Assembly: GCF_054482595.1 (NCBI RefSeq) | Contig: NZ_CM137008.1 | Direction: 5' to 3' (one strand) | Length of the DNA: 64,000 nucleotides | Shown: positions 52,664 to 64,000 of the stretch, piece by piece | Position numbering within the stretch: position 1 is the first letter of the stretch | Layout of the letters: the number at the start of each line of letters is the position of its first letter | Made by a program: the position numbers and the translations under genes | The notes under the pieces: generated by a model | Seen by the model: the letters and a program-made list of their open reading frames with translations, nothing else | What the model was told of the DNA's origin: nothing | Databases searched by the model: none

Positions 52664-53292
52664 TATGTATTCCCTTGTGATTATAATCTTCATGAATATA
52701 TCAATAAGTGCCGTTATCCAAAAAAAAGCACATTTGGATACTATTCTATGAAGTTCATTTTATTTTAAAGATTACATGTAACAAATGTATTTAAAAGATT
52801 TCAAAATGTTTCTAATCTATTTAATATAATTTAGAATTATGAATTCTAAATATAAATATTCATGAAAATTATAAATGTATATCAATATGTTATGAGTTGA
52901 GCGGAAGCATAGGGGGTATCAATGATTGTTGCGCCAAACGGCTGGTGTGATCACGCGCACATTAATGAAGGCATAAAAAAAAGCCGGCATCATGCCGGCC
53001 CAAAAAATATAAACAAGACGATAAAAGGCTAATAACGGAGGCATCATGACACAGAAAAATAAAAAGGTATAATTGTATTCAGTGCTAATATATTGATTAA
53101 ATGAATTAATAAAGCCGATCTCAAAGATAAATAAAATCGCTCAAAACGATTTTTCCTGTATTCACTGCCGTTGCGCAAAAATTATCTATTTGTTCAAAAA
53201 ATGAGTGAGTCTTGACTGGCTCATCCAATGTGGAAAAATGTGACTTTTATCACATAATAGTACTAAGTCTGAATTTTCCGGGTTATCTCAAA

Positions 53293-53616
53293 ATGGAATA
53301 CGGTTCGACAAAGATGGAAGAGAGACTCTCTCGCAGCCCTGGTGGCAAACTGGCTTTGTGGGCTTTCTATACATGGTGTGGCTATTTCGTCTGGGCAATG
53401 GCGCGTTACATCTGGGCAATGGCGCGTTACATCTGGGTGATGAGCCGGATCCCCGATGCCCCCGTGTCGGGATTTGAAAGCGATTTAGGCTCTACCGCGG
53501 GAAAGTGGTTAGGGGCACTGGTCGGATTTTTATTTATGGCTCTGGTCGGGGCATTGTTAGGCAGCATTGCCTGGTACACCCGACCTCGTCCCGCACGTAG
53601 CAGACGCTATGAATAA
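53293..53616 (+). CDS. yedR: Inner membrane protein YedR-like; start uncertain; contains 21-bp tandem duplication
   Basis: ORF 53212..53616; tctgggcaatggcgcgttaca repeated at 53390-53431 (WAMARYI x2). Confidence 0.5.
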   Translation: MEYGSTKMEERLSRSPGGKLALWAFYTWCGYFVWAMARYIWAMARYIWVMSRIPDAPVSGFESDLGSTAGKWLGALVGFLFMALVGALLGSIAWYTRPRPARSRRYE

Positions 53617-53655
53617 AAACTGCTAAGGTGGCGACTCTTTGGCAACGGAGCGCGT

Positions 53656-54351
53656 ATGGACTTACAACACTGGCAGGCACAGTTCGAAAACTGGTTGAAA
53701 AACCATCATCAGCACCAGGACGCGGCCCATGACGTGTGTCATTTTCGCCGCGTCTGGGCTACGGCACAGAAGCTGGCGGCAGATGACGATGTCGATATGC
53801 TGGTGATTTTAACCGCCTGTTATTTTCACGATATTGTGAGCCTGGCGAAAAATCATCCGCAAAGGCAGCGTTCTTCAATCCTGGCGGCAGAAGAGACGCG
53901 TCGCCTGCTCCGTGAAGAGTTCGAGCAATTTCCGGCGGAGAAAATCGAGGCCGTTTGTCATGCCATTGCCGCTCACAGTTTCAGCGCGCAAATCGCCCCC
54001 TTAACAACGGAAGCTAAAATTGTCCAGGATGCGGATCGGCTGGAAGCCCTGGGGGCGATTGGCCTGGCGCGCGTGTTTGCCGTTTCAGGGGCATTGGGCG
54101 TGGCGCTGTTTGATGGTGAAGATCCGTTCGCACAGCATCGCCCGCTTGATGATAAACGCTACGCGCTGGATCATTTCCAGACTAAGTTGCTGAAGCTACC
54201 GCAAACCATGCAAACCGCAAGAGGCAAGCAGCTGGCGCAGCACAACGCGCATTTTTTAGTCGAGTTTATGGCGAAGCTCAGTGCCGAACTGGCGGGGGAG
54301 AATGAAGGTGTCGATCACAAGGTGATAGATGCGTTTTCACCCGCGGGATAA
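53656..54351 (+). CDS. yedJ: HD-domain phosphohydrolase YedJ
   Basis: 231 aa; HD motif HFRRV...CYFHDI. Confidence 0.8.
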   Translation: MDLQHWQAQFENWLKNHHQHQDAAHDVCHFRRVWATAQKLAADDDVDMLVILTACYFHDIVSLAKNHPQRQRSSILAAEETRRLLREEFEQFPAEKIEAVCHAIAAHSFSAQIAPLTTEAKIVQDADRLEALGAIGLARVFAVSGALGVALFDGEDPFAQHRPLDDKRYALDHFQTKLLKLPQTMQTARGKQLAQHNAHFLVEFMAKLSAELAGENEGVDHKVIDAFSPAG

Positions 54352-54417
54352 GCGCGTGGCCCTAAATGGCTGTAATTATGTTAACCTGTCGGCCATCTCA
54401 GATGGCCGGTTAAATCT

Positions 54418-55836
54418 ATGCAGGAAAATATATCAGTAACCGATTCATACAGCACCGGGAATGCCGCACAGGCAATGCTGGAGAAACTGCTGCAAATTTA
54501 TGATGTTAAAACGCTGGTGGCGCAGCTTAATGGTGTGGGTGAGAATCACTGGAGCGCGGCAATTTTAAAACGTGCGCTGGCGAATGACTCGGCATGGCAC
54601 CGTTTAAGTGAGAAAGAGTTCGCCCATCTGCAAACGTTGTTACCCAAACCACCGGCACATCATCCGCATTATGCGTTTCGCTTTATCGATCTATTTGCCG
54701 GAATTGGCGGCATCCGTCGCGGTTTTGAATCGATTGGCGGACAATGCGTGTTTACCAGCGAATGGAACAAACATGCGGTACGCACTTATAAAGCCAACCA
54801 TTATTGCGATCCGGCGACGCATCATTTTAATGAAGATATCCGCGACATCACCCTCAGCCATAAAGAAGGCGTGAGTGATGAGGCGGCGGCGGAACATATT
54901 CGTAAACACATTCCTGAACACGATGTTTTACTGGCCGGTTTCCCTTGTCAGCCATTTTCGCTGGCTGGCGTATCGAAAAAGAACTCGCTCGGGCGGGCGC
55001 ACGGTTTTGCCTGCGATACCCAGGGCACGCTGTTTTTTGATGTGGTACGCATTATCGACGCGCGTCGTCCGGCGATGTTTGTGCTCGAAAACGTCAAAAA
55101 CCTGAAAAGTCACGACCAGGGTAAAACGTTCCGCATCATCATGCAGACGCTGGACGAACTGGGCTATGACGTGGCTGATGCAGAAGATAATGGGCCAGAC
55201 GATCCGAAAATCATCGACGGTAAACATTTTCTGCCGCAGCACCGTGAACGCATCGTGCTGGTGGGTTTTCGTCGCGATCTGAATCTGAAAGCCGATTTTA
55301 CCCTGCGTGAGATCAGCGAATGTTTCCCTTCACAGCGAGTGACACTGGCGCAGTTACTGGACCCGATGGTCGAGGCGAAATATATCCTGACGCCGGTGCT
55401 GTGGAAGTACCTCTATCGTTATGCGAAAAAACATCAGGCGCGCGGTAACGGCTTCGGTTATGGAATGGTTTATCCGAACAATCCGCAAAGCGTCACGCGT
55501 ACGCTGTCTGCGCGTTATTACAAAGATGGCGCGGAAATTTTAATCGATCGCGGCTGGGATATGGCCAAAGGTGAGAAAGACTTTGACGATCCGCAGAATC
55601 AGCAACATCGTCCACGTCGGTTAACGCCTCGTGAATGCGCGCGCTTAATGGGTTTTGAAGCGCCGGGAGAAGCGAAATTCCGCATTCCGGTTTCGGACAC
55701 TCAGGCCTATCGCCAGTTCGGTAACTCGGTGGTCGTGCCGGTCTTTGCCGCGGTGGCAAAACTGCTTGAGCCAAAAATCAAACAGGCGGTGGCGTTGCGT
55801 CAGCAAGAGGCACAACATGGCCGACGTTCACGATAA
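54418..55836 (+). CDS. dcm: DNA-cytosine methyltransferase Dcm
   Basis: 472 aa; FAGIGG and PCQPFS motifs; ENVKNL. Confidence 0.9.
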   Translation: MQENISVTDSYSTGNAAQAMLEKLLQIYDVKTLVAQLNGVGENHWSAAILKRALANDSAWHRLSEKEFAHLQTLLPKPPAHHPHYAFRFIDLFAGIGGIRRGFESIGGQCVFTSEWNKHAVRTYKANHYCDPATHHFNEDIRDITLSHKEGVSDEAAAEHIRKHIPEHDVLLAGFPCQPFSLAGVSKKNSLGRAHGFACDTQGTLFFDVVRIIDARRPAMFVLENVKNLKSHDQGKTFRIIMQTLDELGYDVADAEDNGPDDPKIIDGKHFLPQHRERIVLVGFRRDLNLKADFTLREISECFPSQRVTLAQLLDPMVEAKYILTPVLWKYLYRYAKKHQARGNGFGYGMVYPNNPQSVTRTLSARYYKDGAEILIDRGWDMAKGEKDFDDPQNQQHRPRRLTPRECARLMGFEAPGEAKFRIPVSDTQAYRQFGNSVVVPVFAAVAKLLEPKIKQAVALRQQEAQHGRRSR

Positions 55837-56287
55837 GGCCACTCGCAGCAAAAATATGCGCGCGATTGCCACGCGTGATACGGCGATTGAGAAGCGCCTC
55901 GCCAGTCTGTTAACCGGGCAGGGCCTGGCGTTTCGCGTTCAGGACGCCAGTCTGCCCGGTCGCCCGGATTTTGTCGTTGATGAATATCGTTGCGTGATAT
56001 TTACCCACGGCTGCTTCTGGCACCATCATCACTGCTATCTGTTTAAAGTGCCTGCGACTCGAACCGAGTTCTGGCTGGAGAAGATAGGTAAAAATGTTGA
56101 GCGCGATCGCCGCGATATCAGTCGCTTGCAGGAGCTTGGCTGGCGCGTACTGATTGTCTGGGAGTGTGCGTTACGCGGGCGCGAAAAATTGACGGATGCG
56201 GCACTTACCGAGCGTCTGGAAGAGTGGATCTGCGGCGAAGGTGCCAGCGCGCAGATCGACACGCAGGGGATTCATTTACTCGCTTGA
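55817..56287 (+). CDS. vsr: Very-short-patch repair endonuclease Vsr
   Basis: 156 aa from [17 protein letters not shown]...; start overlaps dcm 3' end. Confidence 0.85.
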   Translation: MADVHDKATRSKNMRAIATRDTAIEKRLASLLTGQGLAFRVQDASLPGRPDFVVDEYRCVIFTHGCFWHHHHCYLFKVPATRTEFWLEKIGKNVERDRRDISRLQELGWRVLIVWECALRGREKLTDAALTERLEEWICGEGASAQIDTQGIHLLA

Positions 56288-57196
56288 TGCGTCCTGAATA
56301 ACTGGCGCAATAACGGGTTTTGCCGGGAAAAGATATTTTCCTAACGTGACCAGTACCACCGCGAAGACAATCACGCCGAGCGCCAGCCATTCAATCTTAG
56401 ACAGCGTCTCTCCGCCCACTCCCGTACCCAGCAAGACCGCGACCACCGGGTTAACGTAGGCGTAGCTGGTGGCGAGAGCCGGACTGACGTTGCGGATTAA
56501 ATACATATAAGCGTTAATGGCGATAATCGAACCAAACAGCGCCAGATAGCCGACCGCAAGGAAGCCTGAAAGGGAAGGGATCGCCGTCAGTTTTTCACCT
56601 GCAATCATCGACGCGATAATTAACACCACGCCTGCCGCCAGCATCTCAATCGCACCCGCCATCATTCCTACAGGTAAGGTAATGCGCGAGCCATAAACCG
56701 AGCCAAACGCCCAGCTAATCGAGCCGATTAAAATAAGAATCGCGCCCCACGGATTGCCGCTTAAATTTCCACCGCTATTGAGCATGATGATTCCGGCAAG
56801 CCCAATGGCGATACCCACCCATTCCAGTTTGCGCGTTTTAATGCCAAACAGGCGGCTGAAGCACAGGGTAAAGAGGGGCACGGTTGCAACCACAACGGCG
56901 GCGATGCCGGAAGGAACATTTTGATGCTCGGCAACCGTCACCATGCCATTACCGACAGCCAGCAATAACAGGCCAATCAGCGCGGCATTGAGCAGCGGAC
57001 GTAGCGGGGGGAGTTTGTGTCCGCGCAGTAGCAAAAATGCCAGCAATAAAATACCGGCTGCCAGGAATCGAACGCCCGCCATCATTAACGGAGGCCAGCT
57101 TTCCACGCCAATCCGAATGACAAAATAGGTTGAGCCCCAAATGATATACAACGCAAACAGCGCGCCAAAAAGCGGTAACAACTGGCGGAAACGCAT
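56276..57196 (-). CDS. yedA: EamA-family (drug/metabolite) transporter YedA
   Basis: 306 aa, ~10 TM segments. Confidence 0.8.
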   Translation of the reverse strand: MRFRQLLPLFGALFALYIIWGSTYFVIRIGVESWPPLMMAGVRFLAAGILLLAFLLLRGHKLPPLRPLLNAALIGLLLLAVGNGMVTVAEHQNVPSGIAAVVVATVPLFTLCFSRLFGIKTRKLEWVGIAIGLAGIIMLNSGGNLSGNPWGAILILIGSISWAFGSVYGSRITLPVGMMAGAIEMLAAGVVLIIASMIAGEKLTAIPSLSGFLAVGYLALFGSIIAINAYMYLIRNVSPALATSYAYVNPVVAVLLGTGVGGETLSKIEWLALGVIVFAVVLVTLGKYLFPAKPVIAPVIQDASSE

Positions 57197-57368
57197 AATC
57201 CCTCACGGTGGAAATAAAAAGGTGGTTCATAGTAAACGTGAAAATCATTCTGCTGGCGAGAGATATAATTGCACTTGATTGTTAAAAAAATGTTGACCTG
57301 TGAAGCAAGTATCAGAGCTGCCGTTTTTGCTTCATACTTACACCCTTCAACAATAAAAATGAGAGGGA

Positions 57369-58286
57369 ATGCTTTTGGCCGGGAGTAGTTTACTGACGTT
57401 GCTCGATGATATCGCCACACTGCTGGACGATATCTCCGTGATGGGCAAACTGGCGGCGAAGAAAACCGCCGGTGTATTAGGGGATGACTTATCGCTCAAT
57501 GCGCAACAAGTTTCAGGCGTGCGGGCCAACCGGGAACTTCCCGTGGTCTGGGGCGTGGCGAAAGGATCGCTGATTAATAAAGTGATTCTGGTGCCGCTGG
57601 CGCTGATCATCAGTGCGTTTATCCCGTGGGCGATTACGCCTCTGTTGATGATTGGTGGCGCGTTTCTCTGCTTTGAAGGAGTAGAGAAAGTGCTGCATAT
57701 GCTGGAGGCGCGTAAACATAAAGAAGATCCGGCGCAGAGCCAGCAGCGTCTGGAGAAGCTGGCGGCGCAGGATCCGCTGAAGTTTGAAAAGGACAAAATA
57801 AAAGGGGCGATTCGTACCGATTTTATATTGTCTGCCGAAATCGTCGCCATCACGCTGGGGATTGTGGCCGAAGCGCCGTTGCTTAATCAGGTGCTGGTGC
57901 TTTCAGGCATCGCGCTGGTAGTGACCGTGGGCGTCTACGGTCTGGTAGGGGTTATCGTTAAGATTGATGACCTGGGGTATTGGCTGGCGGAAAAATCCAG
58001 CGCGCTGATGCAGGCATTAGGTAAAGGGTTATTGATCATTGCGCCCTGGTTGATGAAGGCGTTATCGATTGTCGGCACGCTGGCGATGTTCCTCGTCGGC
58101 GGCGGGATTGTGGTACATGGTATTGCGCCGCTGCATCACGCCATTGAACATTTCGCCGGGCAGCAAAGTGCAGTGGTGGCGATGATATTACCGACTGTTT
58201 TAAATCTGATTCTTGGATTTATCATCGGCGGCATCGTGGTGCTGGGAGTGAAAGCCGTAGCGAAAATACGCGGTCAGGCACATTAA
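57369..58286 (+). CDS. yedI: DUF808 inner membrane protein YedI
   Basis: 305 aa from [22 protein letters not shown]. Confidence 0.8.
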   Translation: MLLAGSSLLTLLDDIATLLDDISVMGKLAAKKTAGVLGDDLSLNAQQVSGVRANRELPVVWGVAKGSLINKVILVPLALIISAFIPWAITPLLMIGGAFLCFEGVEKVLHMLEARKHKEDPAQSQQRLEKLAAQDPLKFEKDKIKGAIRTDFILSAEIVAITLGIVAEAPLLNQVLVLSGIALVVTVGVYGLVGVIVKIDDLGYWLAEKSSALMQALGKGLLIIAPWLMKALSIVGTLAMFLVGGGIVVHGIAPLHHAIEHFAGQQSAVVAMILPTVLNLILGFIIGGIVVLGVKAVAKIRGQAH

Positions 58287-58364
58287 TACTCGCACAGGCT
58301 ATTATGCAAAATTCGCCATCTTCAACTAAGGTGAACAAGTTTCACTCGAAAAAAGGAGGCGAGT

Positions 58365-58547
58365 ATGAGCTTTATGGTTAGTGAGGAAGTTACGGTTAAA
58401 GAGGGCGGCCCGCGGATGATTGTCACCGGATACTCCAGCGGTATGGTTGAGTGTCGTTGGTATGACGGTTACGGGGTCAAGCGGGAAGCTTTTCATGAAA
58501 CCGAGCTTGTTCCGGGGGAGGGGAGTCGTCCTGCGGAAGAAGTTTGA
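58365..58547 (+). CDS. yodC: Small protein YodC
   Basis: 60 aa MSFMVSEEVTVKEGGPRMIVTGY... Confidence 0.75.
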   Translation: MSFMVSEEVTVKEGGPRMIVTGYSSGMVECRWYDGYGVKREAFHETELVPGEGSRPAEEV

Positions 58548-58717
58548 AAGAGTATCATTAACATCAGGCCGGATCACATCCGGCCTGATGTGCTAATGCC
58601 TGCAATGAATGATAGTCGCGTCTTATCATGCCACCATTATAAAATTATCGCTGTTTTGCGGTACGCTATCGCCAGGTTATGCCAGAATCATAAAAAAGCA
58701 GGTTGGGAGTCGTCAGG

Positions 58718-61241
<2,524 letters not shown>

Positions 61242-61420
61242 TTACCAGGATGTTTCTCAAAACAGCACAAATAATCAAAGATGATTTTTTCGGGAGCGAT
61301 CCCGTTGACGTCAGAGCCACCAAGGGGTGACGCGCGTCACATTTCTATTCATAAGTAGCGTTAATCATTCATATCACGAATATTTTCTTGTCAGCGAAAA
61401 AAATTGCGGATAAGGTGATG

Positions 61421-61507
61421 AACACATCAGATTTCCTGGTGTAACGAATTTTTTAAGTGCTTCTTGCTTAAGCAAGTTTAATCCCGACCCCCTCAGGGTC
61501 GGGATTT
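61421..61507 (+). ncRNA. dsrA: DsrA small regulatory RNA
   Basis: AACACATCAGATTTCCTGGTGTAACGAATTTTTTAAGTGCTTCTTGCTTAAGCAAGTTTAATCCCGACCCCCTCAGGGTCGGGATTT matches remembered DsrA including terminator. Confidence 0.85.
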
Positions 61508-61520
61508 TTTTATTGTGCAT

Positions 61521-61748
61521 TCAACGATTCACTTCAGAGACGCTGAAGTCATGAATATCCAGTTCGAAGGCATCCGCCAATTCACGCCATGTATGATATT
61601 CACGTCCATCGACACTAACGTGTTCAGGATCGTGCTGGCTGCGATGAACTTCGCTTTCGCTAATTTCATTGATCGCCGCCAGCAGGGCATCGACATCGAC
61701 ACTGACCTCACGTTTTGCGGTATCGCTGTACTCTTTTGCGGTTTTCAT
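61521..61748 (-). CDS. yodD: Stress-induced small protein YodD
   Basis: 75 aa from MKTAKEYSDTAKREVSVDVDALLAAINE... Confidence 0.7.
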   Translation of the reverse strand: MKTAKEYSDTAKREVSVDVDALLAAINEISESEVHRSQHDPEHVSVDGREYHTWRELADAFELDIHDFSVSEVNR

Positions 61749-61819
61749 CATCTTTCCTCGCAACCGTTACTCTGTTGTTGCCGCCAGTCGTTAAGTCCGC
61801 TGGCATCTCTTAAGTATAG

Positions 61820-62098
<279 letters not shown>

Positions 62099-62141
62099 TC
62101 TAATTCAGCCTGACTGGTGGGAAACCACCAGTCAGAATGTG

Positions 62142-62765
62142 TTAGCGCATGTTGACAAAAATACCATTAGTCACATTATCCGTCAGTCGGACGACATGGT
62201 AGATAACCTGTTTATTATGCGTTTTGATCTTACGTTTAATATTACCTTTATGCGATGAAACGGTCTTGGCTTTGATATTCATTTGGTCGGAGATTTGAAT
62301 GGTTCCCTGACCTGCCATCCACATTCGCAACATACTCGATTCGGTTCGGCTCAATGATAACGTCGGCATATTTAAAAACGAGGTTATCGTTGTCTCTTTT
62401 TTCAGAATATCGCCAAGGATATCGTCGAGAGATTCCGGTTTAATCGATTTAGAACTGATCAATAAATTTTTTCTGACCAATAGATATTCATCAAAATGAA
62501 CATTGGCAATTGCCATAAAAACGATAAATAACGTATTGGGATGTTGATTAATGATGAGCTTGATACGCTGACTGTTAGAAGCATCGTGGATGAAACAGTC
62601 CTCATTAATAAACACCACTGAAGGGCGCTGTGAATCACAAGCTATGGCAAGGTCATCAACGGTTTCAATGTCGTTGATTTCTCTTTTTTTAACCCCTCTG
62701 CTCAACAGATACCCGGTTAAACCTAGTCGGGTGTAACTACATAAATCCATAATAATCGTTGACAT
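62142..62765 (-). CDS. rcsA: Colanic acid capsule regulator RcsA (LuxR-type)
   Basis: 207 aa [30 protein letters not shown]...; C-terminal HTH. Confidence 0.85.
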
Positions 62766-63054
62766 GGCATACCCTCACTCAATGCGTAACGATAATTCCC
62801 CTTACCTGAATATTTCATCATGACTAAACGGAACAACATGGGTCACCTAATGCGCCACTCTCGCGATTTTTCAGGCGGACTTACTATCCCGTAAAGTGTT
62901 GTATAATTTGCCTGGAATTGTCTTAAAGTAAAGTAAATGTTGCGATATGTGAGTGAGGTTAAAACAAATATTTCGCCACAGGAGTATCCTGGAAGATGTT
63001 CGTGGGTATTATTTTTCAGATAATCCTTAGGATAACAAGATAAACATTAGGGAA

Positions 63055-63840
63055 TCATATTACAGGTAATTCGCTGATAATATCTGCCAGCAAATTAAAA
63101 ATTTCACTGAATAAATGTTCGCAAAAAGGAGCAATTAACGGCATTAATGCCGCCATTAATGAGATACCGACAGTCAGAGTTAATGGAAATCCAATAACAA
63201 AAATGGATAATTGCGGGGCCATACGATTCAGTAAACCTAATGCCAGATTCAGTGTCAGCAGCAGAGTAATGAGCGGTAACGCCAGCATCAGTCCATTGAG
63301 GAAAATCAAACTCCCTGCTTTGGTGAGTGCCAGAAACGCATTGCTATTTAGCGGCTCGCCACCAATAGGCAGGGTGTGAAAGGTATCCACCAGCAGTGAA
63401 ATCAGCCATAAATGACCGTTAAATGTCAGGAACAGCAGTAACGCCAGCATATCCATGATGCGCGCTAAAACGGGCATATTGAGATGGCTGCCCGGATCGA
63501 CAAACGTCGCAAATGACAGTCCCATTTGCAGACCGATAATTTCGCCAGCGGTTCGCACAGCGGCAAAAGCAAACTGCATGGTAAAACCAAGCGCAATGCC
63601 GATCAGGATCTGCTGCACGGCCAGCCACAGAGCAAAGAACGAAAAAACAGGAACATCGTTGGCAGGTAAGGATGGGGCAATGGCGAACGTGATCATCATT
63701 GCCAGACCCAGTTTGACCCGTTTCGGCACGCTACGTTCGCTCAGAATTGGCGCGGTAGAAATGAGCGCCAGCACGCGCAGTAACGGCCAGAAGTACAGGC
63801 TCAACCAAGAAAGCCATTGATCGCTTGTCACCTGCAACAT
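63055..63840 (-). CDS. fliR: Flagellar export apparatus protein FliR
   Basis: 261-aa polytopic membrane protein upstream-adjacent to fliQ. Confidence 0.85.
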   Translation of the reverse strand: MLQVTSDQWLSWLSLYFWPLLRVLALISTAPILSERSVPKRVKLGLAMMITFAIAPSLPANDVPVFSFFALWLAVQQILIGIALGFTMQFAFAAVRTAGEIIGLQMGLSFATFVDPGSHLNMPVLARIMDMLALLLFLTFNGHLWLISLLVDTFHTLPIGGEPLNSNAFLALTKAGSLIFLNGLMLALPLITLLLTLNLALGLLNRMAPQLSIFVIGFPLTLTVGISLMAALMPLIAPFCEHLFSEIFNLLADIISELPVI

Positions 63841-63848
63841 TATACGGG

Positions 63849-64000
63849 CTACCCGATGATATACGGCAGGTTAGTGAACAAGGTACGGACGTAATCCAGC
63901 AACAGATTGAGCATCCACGGTCCGGCAATAATAATGGCGATAAATACGGCGATGATTTTCGGAATAAACGACAGCGTCATTTCATTAATCTGCGTGGCGG
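63849..64000 (-). CDS. fliQ: Flagellar export apparatus protein FliQ, C-terminal part; continues beyond window end
   Basis: Minus-strand frame ending ...[10 protein letters not shown] with stop at 63849-63851. Confidence 0.7.
   Translation of the reverse strand, partial: ATQINEMTLSFIPKIIAVFIAIIIAGPWMLNLLLDYVRTLFTNLPYIIG

Overview
The window is Escherichia coli-type chromosome carrying one complete lambdoid prophage of about 39 kb, integrated into the 3' end of tRNA-Ser(CGA) serU. Host genes on the left are yeeJ (partial), asnT and mtfA. The prophage runs from attL (4135-4196) to attR (43190-43251): int, xis, a large exonuclease-domain protein, a DicB/DicF/YdfD module, a repressor/Cro switch with repeated operator motifs, a replication gene with internal iteron-like repeats, a block of small unknown genes, a hok-type toxin locus, a DUF968-like gene, rusA, a Q-like gene, four tRNAs, a phage-21-type lysis cassette, HNH/terminase, HK97-type head genes, lambda-type tail genes (G/GT frameshift, tape measure, M-L-K-I-J), lom, a repetitive side tail fiber and tfa. 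Host genes on the right are yodB, zinT, msrQP, hiuH, hprRS, hchA, yedS, yedR, yedJ, dcm, vsr, yedA, yedI, yodC, dgcQ (frameshifted), yedP, dsrA, yodD, dsrB, rcsA, fliR and fliQ (partial). No CRISPR array, rRNA or IS element was seen. I found no clearly novel system; the best candidates for undescribed functions are the unannotatable gene block at 12349-14222 (including two very acidic small proteins), the extra ORF inside the lysis cassette (18841-19191), and the 813-aa exonuclease fusion protein. All calls rest on reading the sequence and the supplied ORF translations against remembered protein families; no database search or folding was run, and starts/ends are approximate.
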